DNA of 64,000 nt from Candidatus Izemoplasma sp. Its GTDB lineage: Bacteria; Bacillota_I; Bacilli_A; Izemoplasmatales; Izemoplasmataceae. The notes beneath the pieces are model-generated. The model searched no databases. It had not been told where the DNA came from and worked only from the letters and a program-made list of their open reading frames with translations. This document shows positions 41,070 to 51,427 of the stretch, one piece after another (the first letter of the stretch is position 1; each line of letters starts with the position of its first letter). A program made the position numbers and the translations under genes. Location: contig JAIPGF010000003.1 in assembly GCA_021736205.1 (NCBI GenBank), forward strand, positions 7,772 to 71,771, in the 5' to 3' direction.

Positions 41070-41318
41070 TTATTTTTTTATACGTTTAAGTACAAAATAT
41101 GGAGCACTTGGCACACATGATTCCATTAAATAATCCGGTATTGTTTTATAGTTTTTTGTCGAAAACCCTTTTAATCTCAACATATCCGCACTATAATCCC
41201 CTACAATATACTTGTATCTGTTTAAATAATTAACATATTTATCATTAAATGTTTGAATCTCTAACGCTTCTTTGTACTCTTTAATTAATTCAAATTTTCC
41301 ATGTTCTGTTTCAATCAT
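41070..41318 (-). CDS. YutD-like (DUF1027) small protein
   Basis: 82 aa. The pattern FELIKEYKEAL...YIVGDYSADMLRLKGF resembles YutD. Confidence 0.5.
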   Translation of the reverse strand: MIETEHGKFELIKEYKEALEIQTFNDKYVNYLNRYKYIVGDYSADMLRLKGFSTKNYKTIPDYLMESCVPSAPYFVLKRIKK

Positions 41319-41474
41319 TTTGATTCTCCTTTGAAAATATCCTTTATATATCTAACTGTCCTTTTTTACACATACGATAAAATTAAAACTATAAACCCAT
41401 TATATAGATTATTTTTAATAAATAAAAGATATATAACTTATTATTAAAAAATAAACGCACAATGTGATAGAAAT

Positions 41475-41963
41475 CTATAAAAATTTAACTCCTGCTTTTC
41501 TCAGCAAGACTGTTGAATGTGTCTCTATAGCCTGTTCAGTCCCAATCGGTCCGACACCTTCATATGTAGTTGCTTTGATACTTACTTGGGAAATATGAAC
41601 ATTTAACAACGCAGCAATATTTTTTCGCATTGAATCTATATAACGCCTAATTTTAGGGGTTTCCAGGCATATCATACAATCGATATTACTAACTTTATAC
41701 CCCTTTTCCTTGACTTTTTCAAATGCTTTCTCAACAAAATAAGACGAATTCTGATTTTTAAATGCATCATTAGTATCCGGAAATAAACTCCCTAAATCTC
41801 CTAGCGCCAAAGCACCTAGTAAAGATTCAGCTACACTGTGAAGTAAACAATCCGCATCACTGTGCCCAACAATTCCCTTATAATGTTCAATTTTAACGCC
41901 TCCCAGGATAAAGTCCTCTTTAGGCTCTAACTTGTGGACATCAACACTATGGCCAATTCTCAT
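41475..41963 (-). CDS. ispF: 2-C-methyl-D-erythritol 2,4-cyclodiphosphate synthase
   Basis: 162 aa with MRIGHSVDVHKL, GHSDADCLLH and SIKATT motifs. Confidence 0.95.
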   Translation of the reverse strand: MRIGHSVDVHKLEPKEDFILGGVKIEHYKGIVGHSDADCLLHSVAESLLGALALGDLGSLFPDTNDAFKNQNSSYFVEKAFEKVKEKGYKVSNIDCMICLETPKIRRYIDSMRKNIAALLNVHISQVSIKATTYEGVGPIGTEQAIETHSTVLLRKAGVKFL

Positions 41964-42628
41964 AATATCACCTTTAAATAATCTAAATCTGATAAAGTAG
42001 TAAACTTATGCATTCTTACATCGCCTTTAACAATCTTTATTGGTTGATCTGAGTACTGTTTTACCAAAGAAGTATCATCTGTTCCTGTAAATCCATCCTT
42101 TTTAGCTAATCTATGAACCTCTATTAACAAGGATTTTTTAAAAGCTTGAGGGGTTTGTATTAACATATAGTCACTTCTGTTTAAGGTTTTTTCTAAGCGA
42201 TTTCCATCTGTTTTACATATACTATCTTTTAACTGCATTCCTAAGGTAGCAGCATCATAATCCACTAGTGCACCGAGTAAATCATCAACACAACGACCAT
42301 TAATAAACGGACGCGCGCTATCATGAACTAAAACATACTCTTCTTTCACATGCTTTAATGCCTGTTGAACGCTCTCTTGTCTTGTTAAACCACCTAAAAC
42401 AATTTTCCCCACCATCGAACTATACATTTTTTTAACTAGTGATTCGTCTGATTTGTTAACAACAAGAATTATTTCAACACAATCTTCACAATTAATAAAA
42501 TAATCTAAACTATAATCTAATAAGGATTTTCCATGAATTTTATAAAAAATTTTATTATAGTTTAACCCTGATCTTTTACCTGTTCCTGCAGCCAATAAAA
42601 TTATAGAAAATTTCATACGTTTTTTCAC
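41960..42628 (-). CDS. ispD: 2-C-methyl-D-erythritol 4-phosphate cytidylyltransferase
   Basis: 222 aa with LLAAGTGKR, VHDSARPF and QTPQAF motifs. It overlaps ispF by 4 nt. Confidence 0.95.
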   Translation of the reverse strand: MKKRMKFSIILLAAGTGKRSGLNYNKIFYKIHGKSLLDYSLDYFINCEDCVEIILVVNKSDESLVKKMYSSMVGKIVLGGLTRQESVQQALKHVKEEYVLVHDSARPFINGRCVDDLLGALVDYDAATLGMQLKDSICKTDGNRLEKTLNRSDYMLIQTPQAFKKSLLIEVHRLAKKDGFTGTDDTSLVKQYSDQPIKIVKGDVRMHKFTTLSDLDYLKVIL

Positions 42629-42856
42629 ATCTTTTCCGTGATTAATTTAGCATTTAATCCGTAATTAAATTTAAACTATGTTTGAAGTATTTTAAAAAGA
42701 TTTTTAGTTACAATTTTAATTCATTTTATGTACTTTGCTTTAAACTTTGTTGTATTTGTTTTTTCACATTCTTTTTATATATTCTGAATACATTAAAATG
42801 AATAATCTATTTAAAAAGTGTAAATAATGTACGTCAAAAATAAATTTAAGTGTACA

Positions 42857-44038
42857 TTATAATTTATCATAAAAACAAAAAGAACTTTCAAATTTTTCTT
42901 CTAGAGAAACACTTAATGCTTTGTTTGCCTCCTGATAGACTTTATCTGGGTTTTTACCTGAATAAGGCGATTCTGACAATCCTAAATTAGGATAAACAGA
43001 CTGCGTCACACCACCAAATTGCATTTTAAGTTTTAGTAACTCACCTGTGCCAGTTAGAGCACGATCAAGTAATTTGTATTTTCTATCATCTTTGATTATT
43101 AATCCAAATTTGATTCCCGATATTCTAAACAAACTATTATTATCTTTTATAAATTTAAAGCGAAGTTTTGATAAATATTCACCCATCATTAAATCACCAA
43201 AATCTCGACCATATTTTTGATTAATTTGTGGGATATTTGTTAGTTGAATAATAATTAAATGGTACGCTGTTTTCTTTCGTGTTAAACGTTGCATTTCATC
43301 AAACATATTTTTAAAGTTTTTCATCGTATTTAATGTATCTACATCGCTCTCAGGATACAATCTTATATCCATTGGTTTTACAATAGAAATGATTGTTTTC
43401 TTTTTATCAATTATTACAAGTTTTCCAGTTTCATTAATCCAGAGCATTCTCCCATTATTGTTAACACGGTATTTAATATTATACACCGGATTTCTTTTTG
43501 AGAGCTTATCAAGAATATTATTGTATTGATGCATATCATCTTTATGAATTTTCTGATTAAATTGTTCTATTTTAAACTCATTTTCTTTAAACCCTAAATA
43601 GTCGATATACTGATCTGTCCCAAAGATGTTTCCGTTTTCTCTAAACGCAATACCTTGGTCAGATAATTCCAAAATTGAAATGAACTTCTGGCGCATGTTT
43701 TCAGAACGTTTAGATAAATCAGCTATTTGTTTTTCTAAATTATAAAAGTCAAACTCATTAACATTCTTTTTAAATAATAATACCAAATTATCAATCAAAA
43801 TCCATCCCAAAAACAAAATTGGAACACTGATTAAAGTAACTTGAAAAAAGATTGAAGAATAATCTTTATAAAAATAGAAATACCCTATAACAAGTAAGAC
43901 TAAAAAAGATACAAAAAAACTATAATCATATTTTCGTTTCTTCATTAATTTAATAAATACACCATAAAGCATCCATATCGCATCTATCAATAGAAGAAAT
44001 ACAATTGCTGGCATGTTGATTATATTTTCTAAAAACAT
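42857..44038 (-). CDS. membrane protein with a PAS-like domain and a degenerate GGDEF domain
   Basis: 393 aa with 3 N-terminal TM helices and a PAS-like block (IKYRVNNNGRMLWINETG). The C-terminal GGDEF fold carries RISGIKFGLI where R.GGDEF is expected. Confidence 0.65.
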   Translation of the reverse strand: MFLENIINMPAIVFLLLIDAIWMLYGVFIKLMKKRKYDYSFFVSFLVLLVIGYFYFYKDYSSIFFQVTLISVPILFLGWILIDNLVLLFKKNVNEFDFYNLEKQIADLSKRSENMRQKFISILELSDQGIAFRENGNIFGTDQYIDYLGFKENEFKIEQFNQKIHKDDMHQYNNILDKLSKRNPVYNIKYRVNNNGRMLWINETGKLVIIDKKKTIISIVKPMDIRLYPESDVDTLNTMKNFKNMFDEMQRLTRKKTAYHLIIIQLTNIPQINQKYGRDFGDLMMGEYLSKLRFKFIKDNNSLFRISGIKFGLIIKDDRKYKLLDRALTGTGELLKLKMQFGGVTQSVYPNLGLSESPYSGKNPDKVYQEANKALSVSLEEKFESSFCFYDKL

Positions 44039-44052
44039 GAACTCACCTCAAT

Positions 44053-46389
44053 TTAATCTATGTAACCTCTAATATATGATGCAGGATAATAAAATGATAA
44101 ATACATTGCCAAGAAATTAACATAATAAAGCAATGATGAATAACTGGTATCAAGTGTAAAACTTGCGATTGTGAGAATCAAGAAGTTTACACCCCAAATG
44201 AATGTCAGCCCACCATTCATTTTTTCAAAAAGTTTTGTCCTAGTATAATCTTCTCGATAATCATGACGTATATAATTAAACGACACAGGGAAATTAAACA
44301 ACCACGTAGCTAGTAAATAAATGGATATAAAAGCCAATGTAAAGCTACTATCTTGCATTGTGTTAATGAATCCTATAAACAAACTAAATACGGTAATCAA
44401 TAAGTACATAGCGACGATAACAATCTCAAATACACTCGTTTTCCCTAATTTTTTATATTTAAAATACATTATCGCTCCAAATAACCCTGCAGTAATCGGG
44501 GCAATTATTAGATAATTATGATAATTTGCTAAAAGATTACTAAATCCTAAAATAGCAAACTGAAGTAGTAGTAATTTAATCCCCCATTTCCCTTGAACAA
44601 AATCATATCGACTTGGTTTAGATATCTCAATTCCCATATCGAACCCTTCAATAACCTCTTGTAACAAGTCTTCGTCACCAACAAATTCAAACGATTCTTG
44701 TTCTAAGACTTTTTCTAAGGAAATATTCCCAACACTTAAATCATATAAACACTCATTCGTTGCAATTATAATAATATCCGATATATCACTAACACCTTTA
44801 AACAGACGTTGATGTTTTCCTTTTGTACGAATATAAAAAGAGTCTTTACCAATAAAGAATTGAATATTTTTTTCTTTTTTTCCAAGTGAATACGGGATAA
44901 ACTGGTGTGCAATAATATTCATTAACTCCGCATGGTTAATAAAATAATCATCATCTTCTCCATGATATAAGCGATCATCAATAATATCTCCATATTCAAC
45001 ACCCAACTGAATCATTCCTGTAATTCCAGCTTCTTGTTTTACCCAAGACCCTATGAAATACGCATTATCTAGCTGATTCACATACGAGTAATCATCAATG
45101 TTAAATAAATCATTGATATTTTTATCTTCCCAAAACGCATCAGAAGCATGACTACCGAAATACGGACGTTTACGCCCTATACGTTTAAGCGTGTAATGAC
45201 CCTTCAATCCTGGGAAATAGTTTTCTAATTGGGTCATTATGTTTGTTAAAAGGGTTTCTTCATCACAATCATCCACATCTAGAAATTCTACTAAAATAGC
45301 CCCTTTACCATCTTTGCACACTTTTGAATAAATCATCTTATAATTCAACACACTTAAAAATCTAATTTCATCCTTTTCAACATCACTAAAAAGATATTGT
45401 TTGTTCGTTATCCCTAATTCCTCAACCGGTGTATCAAATCCAAAAAATGCTTGATTAACATATGTTTTTGATTGAATATCTGGATAAACCTCATAAAAAG
45501 AATCAATCAAGTCTTCTCTATCTGGTAAATACTTTTTAAAGAACTCATCGTTTCTCATATTAATTACATAATGTTTGGCTTTAATTTCATTATCATCTTG
45601 ATCAATCAATAAATCAATTTTATCGCCATCCATTTTGACTGCTTTAATACTTCTATTGTAGTGAATATTGTCTTTGGTTCTTGAAATTTCCTTGTTGAAT
45701 ATCTTTACGATATCATCAAAGGTAGTCGTAACAAAATGAGCTCCATCAACAAATGTATCAAGCCATTTAATAAAATAATTATAGGCATTTACCTTTTTAA
45801 GATCAAGCCCAATAGTATCATAGACTAACGAGAATTCCATTATTAAACGTTCATGATCAAAATATTTATTTAGTACATCATATAAACTTAAATCGCCCCA
45901 CTCTATAAGTAGTGAAGAGATTGTATACTCCTCATTTTTTAATCGCGCTAACTTTTGTTTATGATAATTATCATAATGACGGTATATATCATCAAAAAAA
46001 CGATAAATCGCATTTCTATTCTTAGGATAATGTCTAACTAGATATGTCTTAAAATTATGTGCATCATTCGGTCTTTTAACCAATTGGCGGTCCTGATCGA
46101 CAACCATCGCATAATTATTATCAATAAAGTCGAACTTATTTTCTAAGCCACACGCCGATAGATACGAAGATAGTAAATCTCCTTTATGAACACTTCCAAA
46201 ATCGTAATGATATGTTGCAAAATTAAATGGTGTCAAATCTTCATCTCTAAAACGATTCGCATACAAAGACAATTTAGCTTTATCTCCATCTTCAAAAACA
46301 GCGATATTTCTAAGTCGCTTTGATAAATACGTAGCAGTAGCTAAACTAGCTAATCCCCCACCAATAATGACTACATCATATTTCTCCAC
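44053..46389 (-). CDS. fusion protein: FAD/NAD(P)-binding oxidoreductase (phytoene-desaturase/amine-oxidase-like) + SCP2-like segment + C-terminal polytopic membrane domain
   Basis: 778 aa. The N-terminus is the dinucleotide-binding motif YDVVIIGGGLASLATATYL. The middle block DIIIIATNECLYDLSVGNISLEKVLEQESFEFVGDEDLL has an SCP2-like pattern. The last 180 or so aa hold 5-6 TM helices. Confidence 0.55.
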   Translation of the reverse strand: MEKYDVVIIGGGLASLATATYLSKRLRNIAVFEDGDKAKLSLYANRFRDEDLTPFNFATYHYDFGSVHKGDLLSSYLSACGLENKFDFIDNNYAMVVDQDRQLVKRPNDAHNFKTYLVRHYPKNRNAIYRFFDDIYRHYDNYHKQKLARLKNEEYTISSLLIEWGDLSLYDVLNKYFDHERLIMEFSLVYDTIGLDLKKVNAYNYFIKWLDTFVDGAHFVTTTFDDIVKIFNKEISRTKDNIHYNRSIKAVKMDGDKIDLLIDQDDNEIKAKHYVINMRNDEFFKKYLPDREDLIDSFYEVYPDIQSKTYVNQAFFGFDTPVEELGITNKQYLFSDVEKDEIRFLSVLNYKMIYSKVCKDGKGAILVEFLDVDDCDEETLLTNIMTQLENYFPGLKGHYTLKRIGRKRPYFGSHASDAFWEDKNINDLFNIDDYSYVNQLDNAYFIGSWVKQEAGITGMIQLGVEYGDIIDDRLYHGEDDDYFINHAELMNIIAHQFIPYSLGKKEKNIQFFIGKDSFYIRTKGKHQRLFKGVSDISDIIIIATNECLYDLSVGNISLEKVLEQESFEFVGDEDLLQEVIEGFDMGIEISKPSRYDFVQGKWGIKLLLLQFAILGFSNLLANYHNYLIIAPITAGLFGAIMYFKYKKLGKTSVFEIVIVAMYLLITVFSLFIGFINTMQDSSFTLAFISIYLLATWLFNFPVSFNYIRHDYREDYTRTKLFEKMNGGLTFIWGVNFLILTIASFTLDTSYSSLLYYVNFLAMYLSFYYPASYIRGYID

Positions 46390-46461
46390 AATATCACCCT
46401 TTTCTGACAGCTATCATTATATCATGAATATCAAGTATACTCCAAATAGTTTCAATACTAA

Positions 46462-46481
46462 GAAAAAAAGCCTTTCGGCTT
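46462..46481 (-). terminator. terminator after cdaA
   Basis: Stem AAGCC (46468-46472) / GGCTT (46477-46481) with loop TTTC. On the minus strand it is followed by T7 (plus-strand A-run 46463-46469). Confidence 0.6.
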
Positions 46482-47211
46482 ATTGTTGAAAATGTTGATC
46501 CATATATAAAAGCAAGGACTCTTTAGAAACATCTAAATCTAAATACCCATCAACTGCCACACTAATGCGGCCTGTTTGTTCACTCACAACAACAGTTAAT
46601 GAATCAGTAGATTCGCTAATACCAATCGCAGCACGATGTCTCGACCCAAGTTGTTTAGGAATATCAATTCTTTCAGTAGGCGTATAGTACGCACCTGCAC
46701 AAACAATCTCATCACCGCGAACAATTACGCCTCCATCATGCAAAGGTGTTCCAGGCACAAATATGGTAGATAGTAAATCACTATTCAATTTTGCACCAAT
46801 TTCAAACGCTGGATCAATAAAATCTTGAAGTGTTGTGTTTTTTTCAAACGTTATTAACGCACCAATTTTTTTATTTGATAAATAATCTAAACTTTTTATC
46901 AGTTCAATTTTAATTTTGTCTTCAACAGTATTCTTAAACAGCGCTGTTTTATTAAATCCTAATTTTTTTAACACCAAACTGACTTCCGTTTGAATTGTGA
47001 TAATAAATAAAATTAATAAAGGAAATCCCTTCAATAATACTTCTGTATATGGTAGACTTAATTGAAAAATCGCGTAAAAAGCATACCCAAATAAAACAAC
47101 TACGAACAACTTTAACGTTCGATAAATATACACATGTGTTTTTGTTTTTACAATATTTGCAAATATACTAATCAAATATATATTTATAATCAAAATATCA
47201 AACTTGGTCAT
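46480..47211 (-). CDS. cdaA: diadenylate cyclase CdaA (c-di-AMP synthase)
   Basis: 243 aa with 3 N-terminal TM helices. The DAC domain carries GALITFE, PLHDGGVI, GSRHRAA and VVSEQTG. Confidence 0.9.
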   Translation of the reverse strand: MTKFDILIINIYLISIFANIVKTKTHVYIYRTLKLFVVVLFGYAFYAIFQLSLPYTEVLLKGFPLLILFIITIQTEVSLVLKKLGFNKTALFKNTVEDKIKIELIKSLDYLSNKKIGALITFEKNTTLQDFIDPAFEIGAKLNSDLLSTIFVPGTPLHDGGVIVRGDEIVCAGAYYTPTERIDIPKQLGSRHRAAIGISESTDSLTVVVSEQTGRISVAVDGYLDLDVSKESLLLYMDQHFQQ

Positions 47212-47507
47212 AGTTATCGCTCCTTCAAAATTATTATATCATAGAAAACTTAGTCAGTGAATACATTTTGAGTTTATTTATTGATTTTTTTTAGTACATT
47301 TTGTGTTATTTATGTCTAAAAACATTTTTTATTTATTTATAATAAATTTCAAAAAGAACAATGCTATTTATTGCCTTTATTAAGGTCTAAACTGTAATTA
47401 TAGATACCTTAAAAACAATCTGAAATATGTCTTCAAAATTCAGTTAATCTAGTATATAATTAAATTACACGTATTTAAAAGAAAATTTCATAAAAGGGGG
47501 AAAAAAT

Positions 47508-50039
47508 ATGAAGAAATACGATAAATTATTAATCGAACGAATTAATCAAAATATAAAAGATGAATATCCTCATCTTTATCCAATTACAAATGATATGGAA
47601 AAAACCTTTACTGGTGTATCAAGATTGGTGATGTTAGATCGATATGCCCAAAAGGATTTATCTCACAAAACACTTACAACTGGTGATGTCGTTGTAACGA
47701 TTGTAAAAGATGATCCTAAGTTCCCAGCAAGAGGAATAGGTATTATTGAAGAAATAAATAAAGACTCAGTTAAAATAAAACTAGATAAAGAACATGTTTC
47801 GAGTGCTGAGGATTTAGATAGTGAAGGTTGTATAATAAGGGCAAAAGCTATCGTTGATAAGCCGTTAGAACTCTATTTTGAACAAATAGCTAAACGCTTA
47901 GCTTACCACTTAGGAGAAGACGAAAGTGAAGAATTAAAAGAACAATTTTATGATGAAGTTTCATCGCTAAATTTAGTGCCAGCCGGTCGTGTTCTTTTTG
48001 GGGCAGGTAGCCAAACCAATGTGACTTACTTTAATTGTTTTGTTATGCCTTTTATTCATGATTCACGAGGTGGTATTAGTGATCATCGTAAAAAGGTAAT
48101 GGAAATCATGAGTCGTGGTGGTGGTGTTGGAACCAATGGTTCTACACTTAGACCTAAAAATGCTCTTGCAAAAGGTGTTAATGGGAAATCAAGCGGTGCC
48201 GTAAGTTGGTTAAACGACTTAAGTTCTTTAACACATCTTGTAGAACAAGGTGGTTCAAGACGCGGTGCGCAAATGATTATGCTCGCTGATTGGCATCCCG
48301 ATATTATTGATTTTATAATATCAAAAATGCAAAATCCTCGAATTTTACAATTTTTAATTGATACAATCGATGAACCACTCATTGTAAAAGCTGCAAAAGA
48401 TAAACTGAAATTTATCCCCCTAAGTGATCAAGAAATTCAAATAAACGAATATATATTAGAACAAGCAAAAGAAAATCCAGATGCATTTAGCAAACAAATT
48501 GTCGACACAGCATTTGATCGTATAAATAAAGGTGGCCACTACGAAGTAAATGATGAAGAATTTTTATCAGGTGCTAATATTAGCGTTGCTATTACAAAAG
48601 AATTCATGGATGCCGTAGAAAATGACGATTCCTACGCTTTAAGATTCCCAGATGTTGATAACTATTCTGGTGAAGAAAAAGAAGCCTATGACAACAAATG
48701 GATGGATATCGGCGATGTAAGACAATGGGAGAAAATGGGCTATGGGATTAAAACGCATAAGACGATTAAGGCACAAGATTTATGGAATTTAATCAATATA
48801 TGTGCAACTTACTCTGCAGAACCTGGTATTTTCTTTATTGATAATGCCAATGAAATGACAAATGCTGTTGGATACAATCAAAAAGTTGTTTGTACTAATC
48901 CTTGTGGTGAACAACCACTCGCACCATATAGTGTTTGTAACTTAGCTGCAATTAACTTATCACAAATGGTTAATAAAGATACGAAAACAATCCAATGGGA
49001 TAAACTTAAACATACAATACAAACAGCTATTAAACTACAAGACAATGTAATAGATAAAACAAATTACTTCTTAGAAGAAAATAAAAAACAAGCCCTTGGT
49101 GAAAGACGTATTGGTCTAGGAATAATGGGGCTACATGACCTTCTTATTTGGGTTGAAAAACGCTATGGATCTAAAGAAGGTAATGCCCTGGTTGATAAAT
49201 TATTTGAATTTATTGCAACCAATGCCTATAAAACATCAATAGAACTGGCTAAAGTTAAAGGTTCATTTCCTTTCTTAGACTCTGAAGGGTCTCGTCAAAA
49301 ACTTATAGAATCTGGTTATATTAAAAAACTTCCTAAAGAAATCAAAGAAGGTATTTTAGAACACGGTATTAGAAACTCTCATTTATTAACCATCGCTCCA
49401 ACTGGTTCAACAGGTACTATGGTTGGTGTCTCAACAGGTCTAGAACCCTATTTTGATTTCACATACTTTAGAAGTGGTCGATTAGGACAATTTATTGAAG
49501 TGAATGCCCCAATTGTAAATGAATACTTAGACGCACATCCAGATCTAACAAAAGAAACACTCCCTGATACATTTGTTAGCGCAATGAAACTAAAACCTGA
49601 AGAACACGTCGATATTCAATGTACAATCCAAAACTGGGTAGACTCCTCAATATCTAAAACAGTGAATGCCCCAAAAGGCTATACAGTTGAAGAAGTTGAA
49701 GATGTGTATATGAGACTTTATCGTGGCGGAGCAAAAGGTGGTACCGTTTATGTAGACGGTTCAAGAGACTCACAAGTCTTATCTCTCTCACGTGATGACA
49801 AAGAAACTGTTAAACATCCAAAACAAGTAGATATCGAAGAACTTGGTGTAGAACTAGAAGAAGAGAAAAAACAACCAAAAGAAACAAAAGTTAAAGGAAA
49901 ACGTAAAGATAGACAAGATCGCAACATCGGTGTAGAAGCTGGTGACATTTGTCCAATCTGTTTAGAAGGTACTGTCGAGAAAATTGGTGGATGCCATACA
50001 TGTACAAACTGTAACGCACAGTTAAAATGCGGATTATAG
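47508..50039 (+). CDS. nrdJ: class II (adenosylcobalamin-dependent) ribonucleotide reductase
   Basis: 843 aa with the active-site motif TNPCGEQPL and the C-terminal four-Cys tail CPICLEGTVEKIGGCHTCTNC. The RBS is AAGGGGG. Confidence 0.85.
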   Translation: MKKYDKLLIERINQNIKDEYPHLYPITNDMEKTFTGVSRLVMLDRYAQKDLSHKTLTTGDVVVTIVKDDPKFPARGIGIIEEINKDSVKIKLDKEHVSSAEDLDSEGCIIRAKAIVDKPLELYFEQIAKRLAYHLGEDESEELKEQFYDEVSSLNLVPAGRVLFGAGSQTNVTYFNCFVMPFIHDSRGGISDHRKKVMEIMSRGGGVGTNGSTLRPKNALAKGVNGKSSGAVSWLNDLSSLTHLVEQGGSRRGAQMIMLADWHPDIIDFIISKMQNPRILQFLIDTIDEPLIVKAAKDKLKFIPLSDQEIQINEYILEQAKENPDAFSKQIVDTAFDRINKGGHYEVNDEEFLSGANISVAITKEFMDAVENDDSYALRFPDVDNYSGEEKEAYDNKWMDIGDVRQWEKMGYGIKTHKTIKAQDLWNLINICATYSAEPGIFFIDNANEMTNAVGYNQKVVCTNPCGEQPLAPYSVCNLAAINLSQMVNKDTKTIQWDKLKHTIQTAIKLQDNVIDKTNYFLEENKKQALGERRIGLGIMGLHDLLIWVEKRYGSKEGNALVDKLFEFIATNAYKTSIELAKVKGSFPFLDSEGSRQKLIESGYIKKLPKEIKEGILEHGIRNSHLLTIAPTGSTGTMVGVSTGLEPYFDFTYFRSGRLGQFIEVNAPIVNEYLDAHPDLTKETLPDTFVSAMKLKPEEHVDIQCTIQNWVDSSISKTVNAPKGYTVEEVEDVYMRLYRGGAKGGTVYVDGSRDSQVLSLSRDDKETVKHPKQVDIEELGVELEEEKKQPKETKVKGKRKDRQDRNIGVEAGDICPICLEGTVEKIGGCHTCTNCNAQLKCGL

Positions 50040-50048
50040 TTAACGATA

Positions 50049-50075
50049 AAAAGGCGTGAAAGCGTCTTTTTTTTG
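50049..50075 (+). terminator. putative terminator after nrdJ
   Basis: AAAAGGCG-TGAAAG-CGTCTTTTTTTT forms a short GC core with one G-U pair, followed by a T-run. Confidence 0.45.
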
Positions 50076-50184
50076 GCTATATAACCTCCGTTAAAATTTT
50101 TTTATCGTTTTTACTTGACAAAATTGTAATTAATCGTTAAACTATATTTGACGTTAAATTTTTTTTATAGTTGGAGGACTAATC

Positions 50185-51417
50185 ATGAAACGGTTTATAA
50201 TAATTAATAAGCGTTTTACAAAATTAATTATGGCTTCGACCATCTCACGTTTTGGTGATTCTGTTGATACAATAGCTTTTAGTTGGCTAGTGTATGTTAT
50301 AACGGGGTCAAAAGTTCTTATGGGGGCTGTATTTGCAGTTAGTTATATTCCAAATCTAATTGTGTTGCCTTTTGGCGGTGTAATCGCTGATTTATTTAAT
50401 AAAAAAGTCATTACAACAATTGGTGATTTTTTAAGAGCCTTTAGTGTATTACTTCTAGCGTTTATTTACTTTTATGGCCAATTAGAAGTCTATATGATAT
50501 TTATTTTTGTTGTTCTAAATTCTCTTTTCGAATCGTTTGCAAATCCATCAAGGAGATCAATGTTACAATCAATCGTAGATCAAAAAGACTACTTAAAAGG
50601 ATCTTCTTATTTATCAAGTGCAACTAATCTAGGTGGATTAGTCGGACTCGCTATTGCTGGTGGTGTTATTGCTATTGCTGGTATATCAGGTGCTTTACTA
50701 CTAGATGCTACAACATTTTTGGTTTCTGGTATTTTAATTCTTACTATTCGGTTCAAAGACAAACGTAAAACTGAGTCGAATAATAAGACTATTAAAAATT
50801 CTCTTTCAATGATAAAAGAAGGGGCGTTATATTTAAAAGGTAAAACATTACTTATCACAATACTAATTTTAGGTTCATTTATTAATTTTGCTTTCGTTCC
50901 TTTAAATGTATTACGTCCTATTTATGTCACAGAAGTAATGGAACTAGGCGTAGAAGGCCTTAGCTATTTAGCCTTTTCAATTCTATTTGGAATGACAATT
51001 GGTGGTTTGCTAATGGGCAAATTTGGAAAGAATGCAAATCCTATTCAATCAATTGGGTTTGGTATATTGTGCATTGGTTTAACCTATTCAGGTCTCGGTG
51101 TCATTAATTATATCAATTTAAGTTATAATCTAAATATAATAATCATATTACTTACAGCATTCACTTTTGGTTTATTTTTCCCAGTAGTTCAAGCACCTTT
51201 CCAATCGGTCATAATGACAAAAACTGACCCAAAAATGATTGGAAGACTATCTTCAATAATGGGGATGCTATCAATGATATCACTTCCATTAGGCGGTGCA
51301 GTTGTAAGTTTAGTGGGCGATGCAATAAGTGTATCAGTATTTTTCACAATAATGGGTACAATCACCATATTAATTTCAAGTATTTTTTGGTTTAAGTATA
51401 AACAAGCAACACTATAG
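50185..51417 (+). CDS. MFS transporter (MFS_3/efflux-like)
   Basis: 410 aa with about 12 TM helices and RBS GGAGGA. Confidence 0.7.
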   Translation: MKRFIIINKRFTKLIMASTISRFGDSVDTIAFSWLVYVITGSKVLMGAVFAVSYIPNLIVLPFGGVIADLFNKKVITTIGDFLRAFSVLLLAFIYFYGQLEVYMIFIFVVLNSLFESFANPSRRSMLQSIVDQKDYLKGSSYLSSATNLGGLVGLAIAGGVIAIAGISGALLLDATTFLVSGILILTIRFKDKRKTESNNKTIKNSLSMIKEGALYLKGKTLLITILILGSFINFAFVPLNVLRPIYVTEVMELGVEGLSYLAFSILFGMTIGGLLMGKFGKNANPIQSIGFGILCIGLTYSGLGVINYINLSYNLNIIIILLTAFTFGLFFPVVQAPFQSVIMTKTDPKMIGRLSSIMGMLSMISLPLGGAVVSLVGDAISVSVFFTIMGTITILISSIFWFKYKQATL

Positions 51418-51427
51418 GAGGTATGTT

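Noticed and set aside
47212-47507. Looked for a cobalamin riboswitch or paired NrdR boxes upstream of nrdJ
   Set aside because: No B12-box-like GC-rich core is present, and only weak partial palindromes occur. This cannot be supported by eye.
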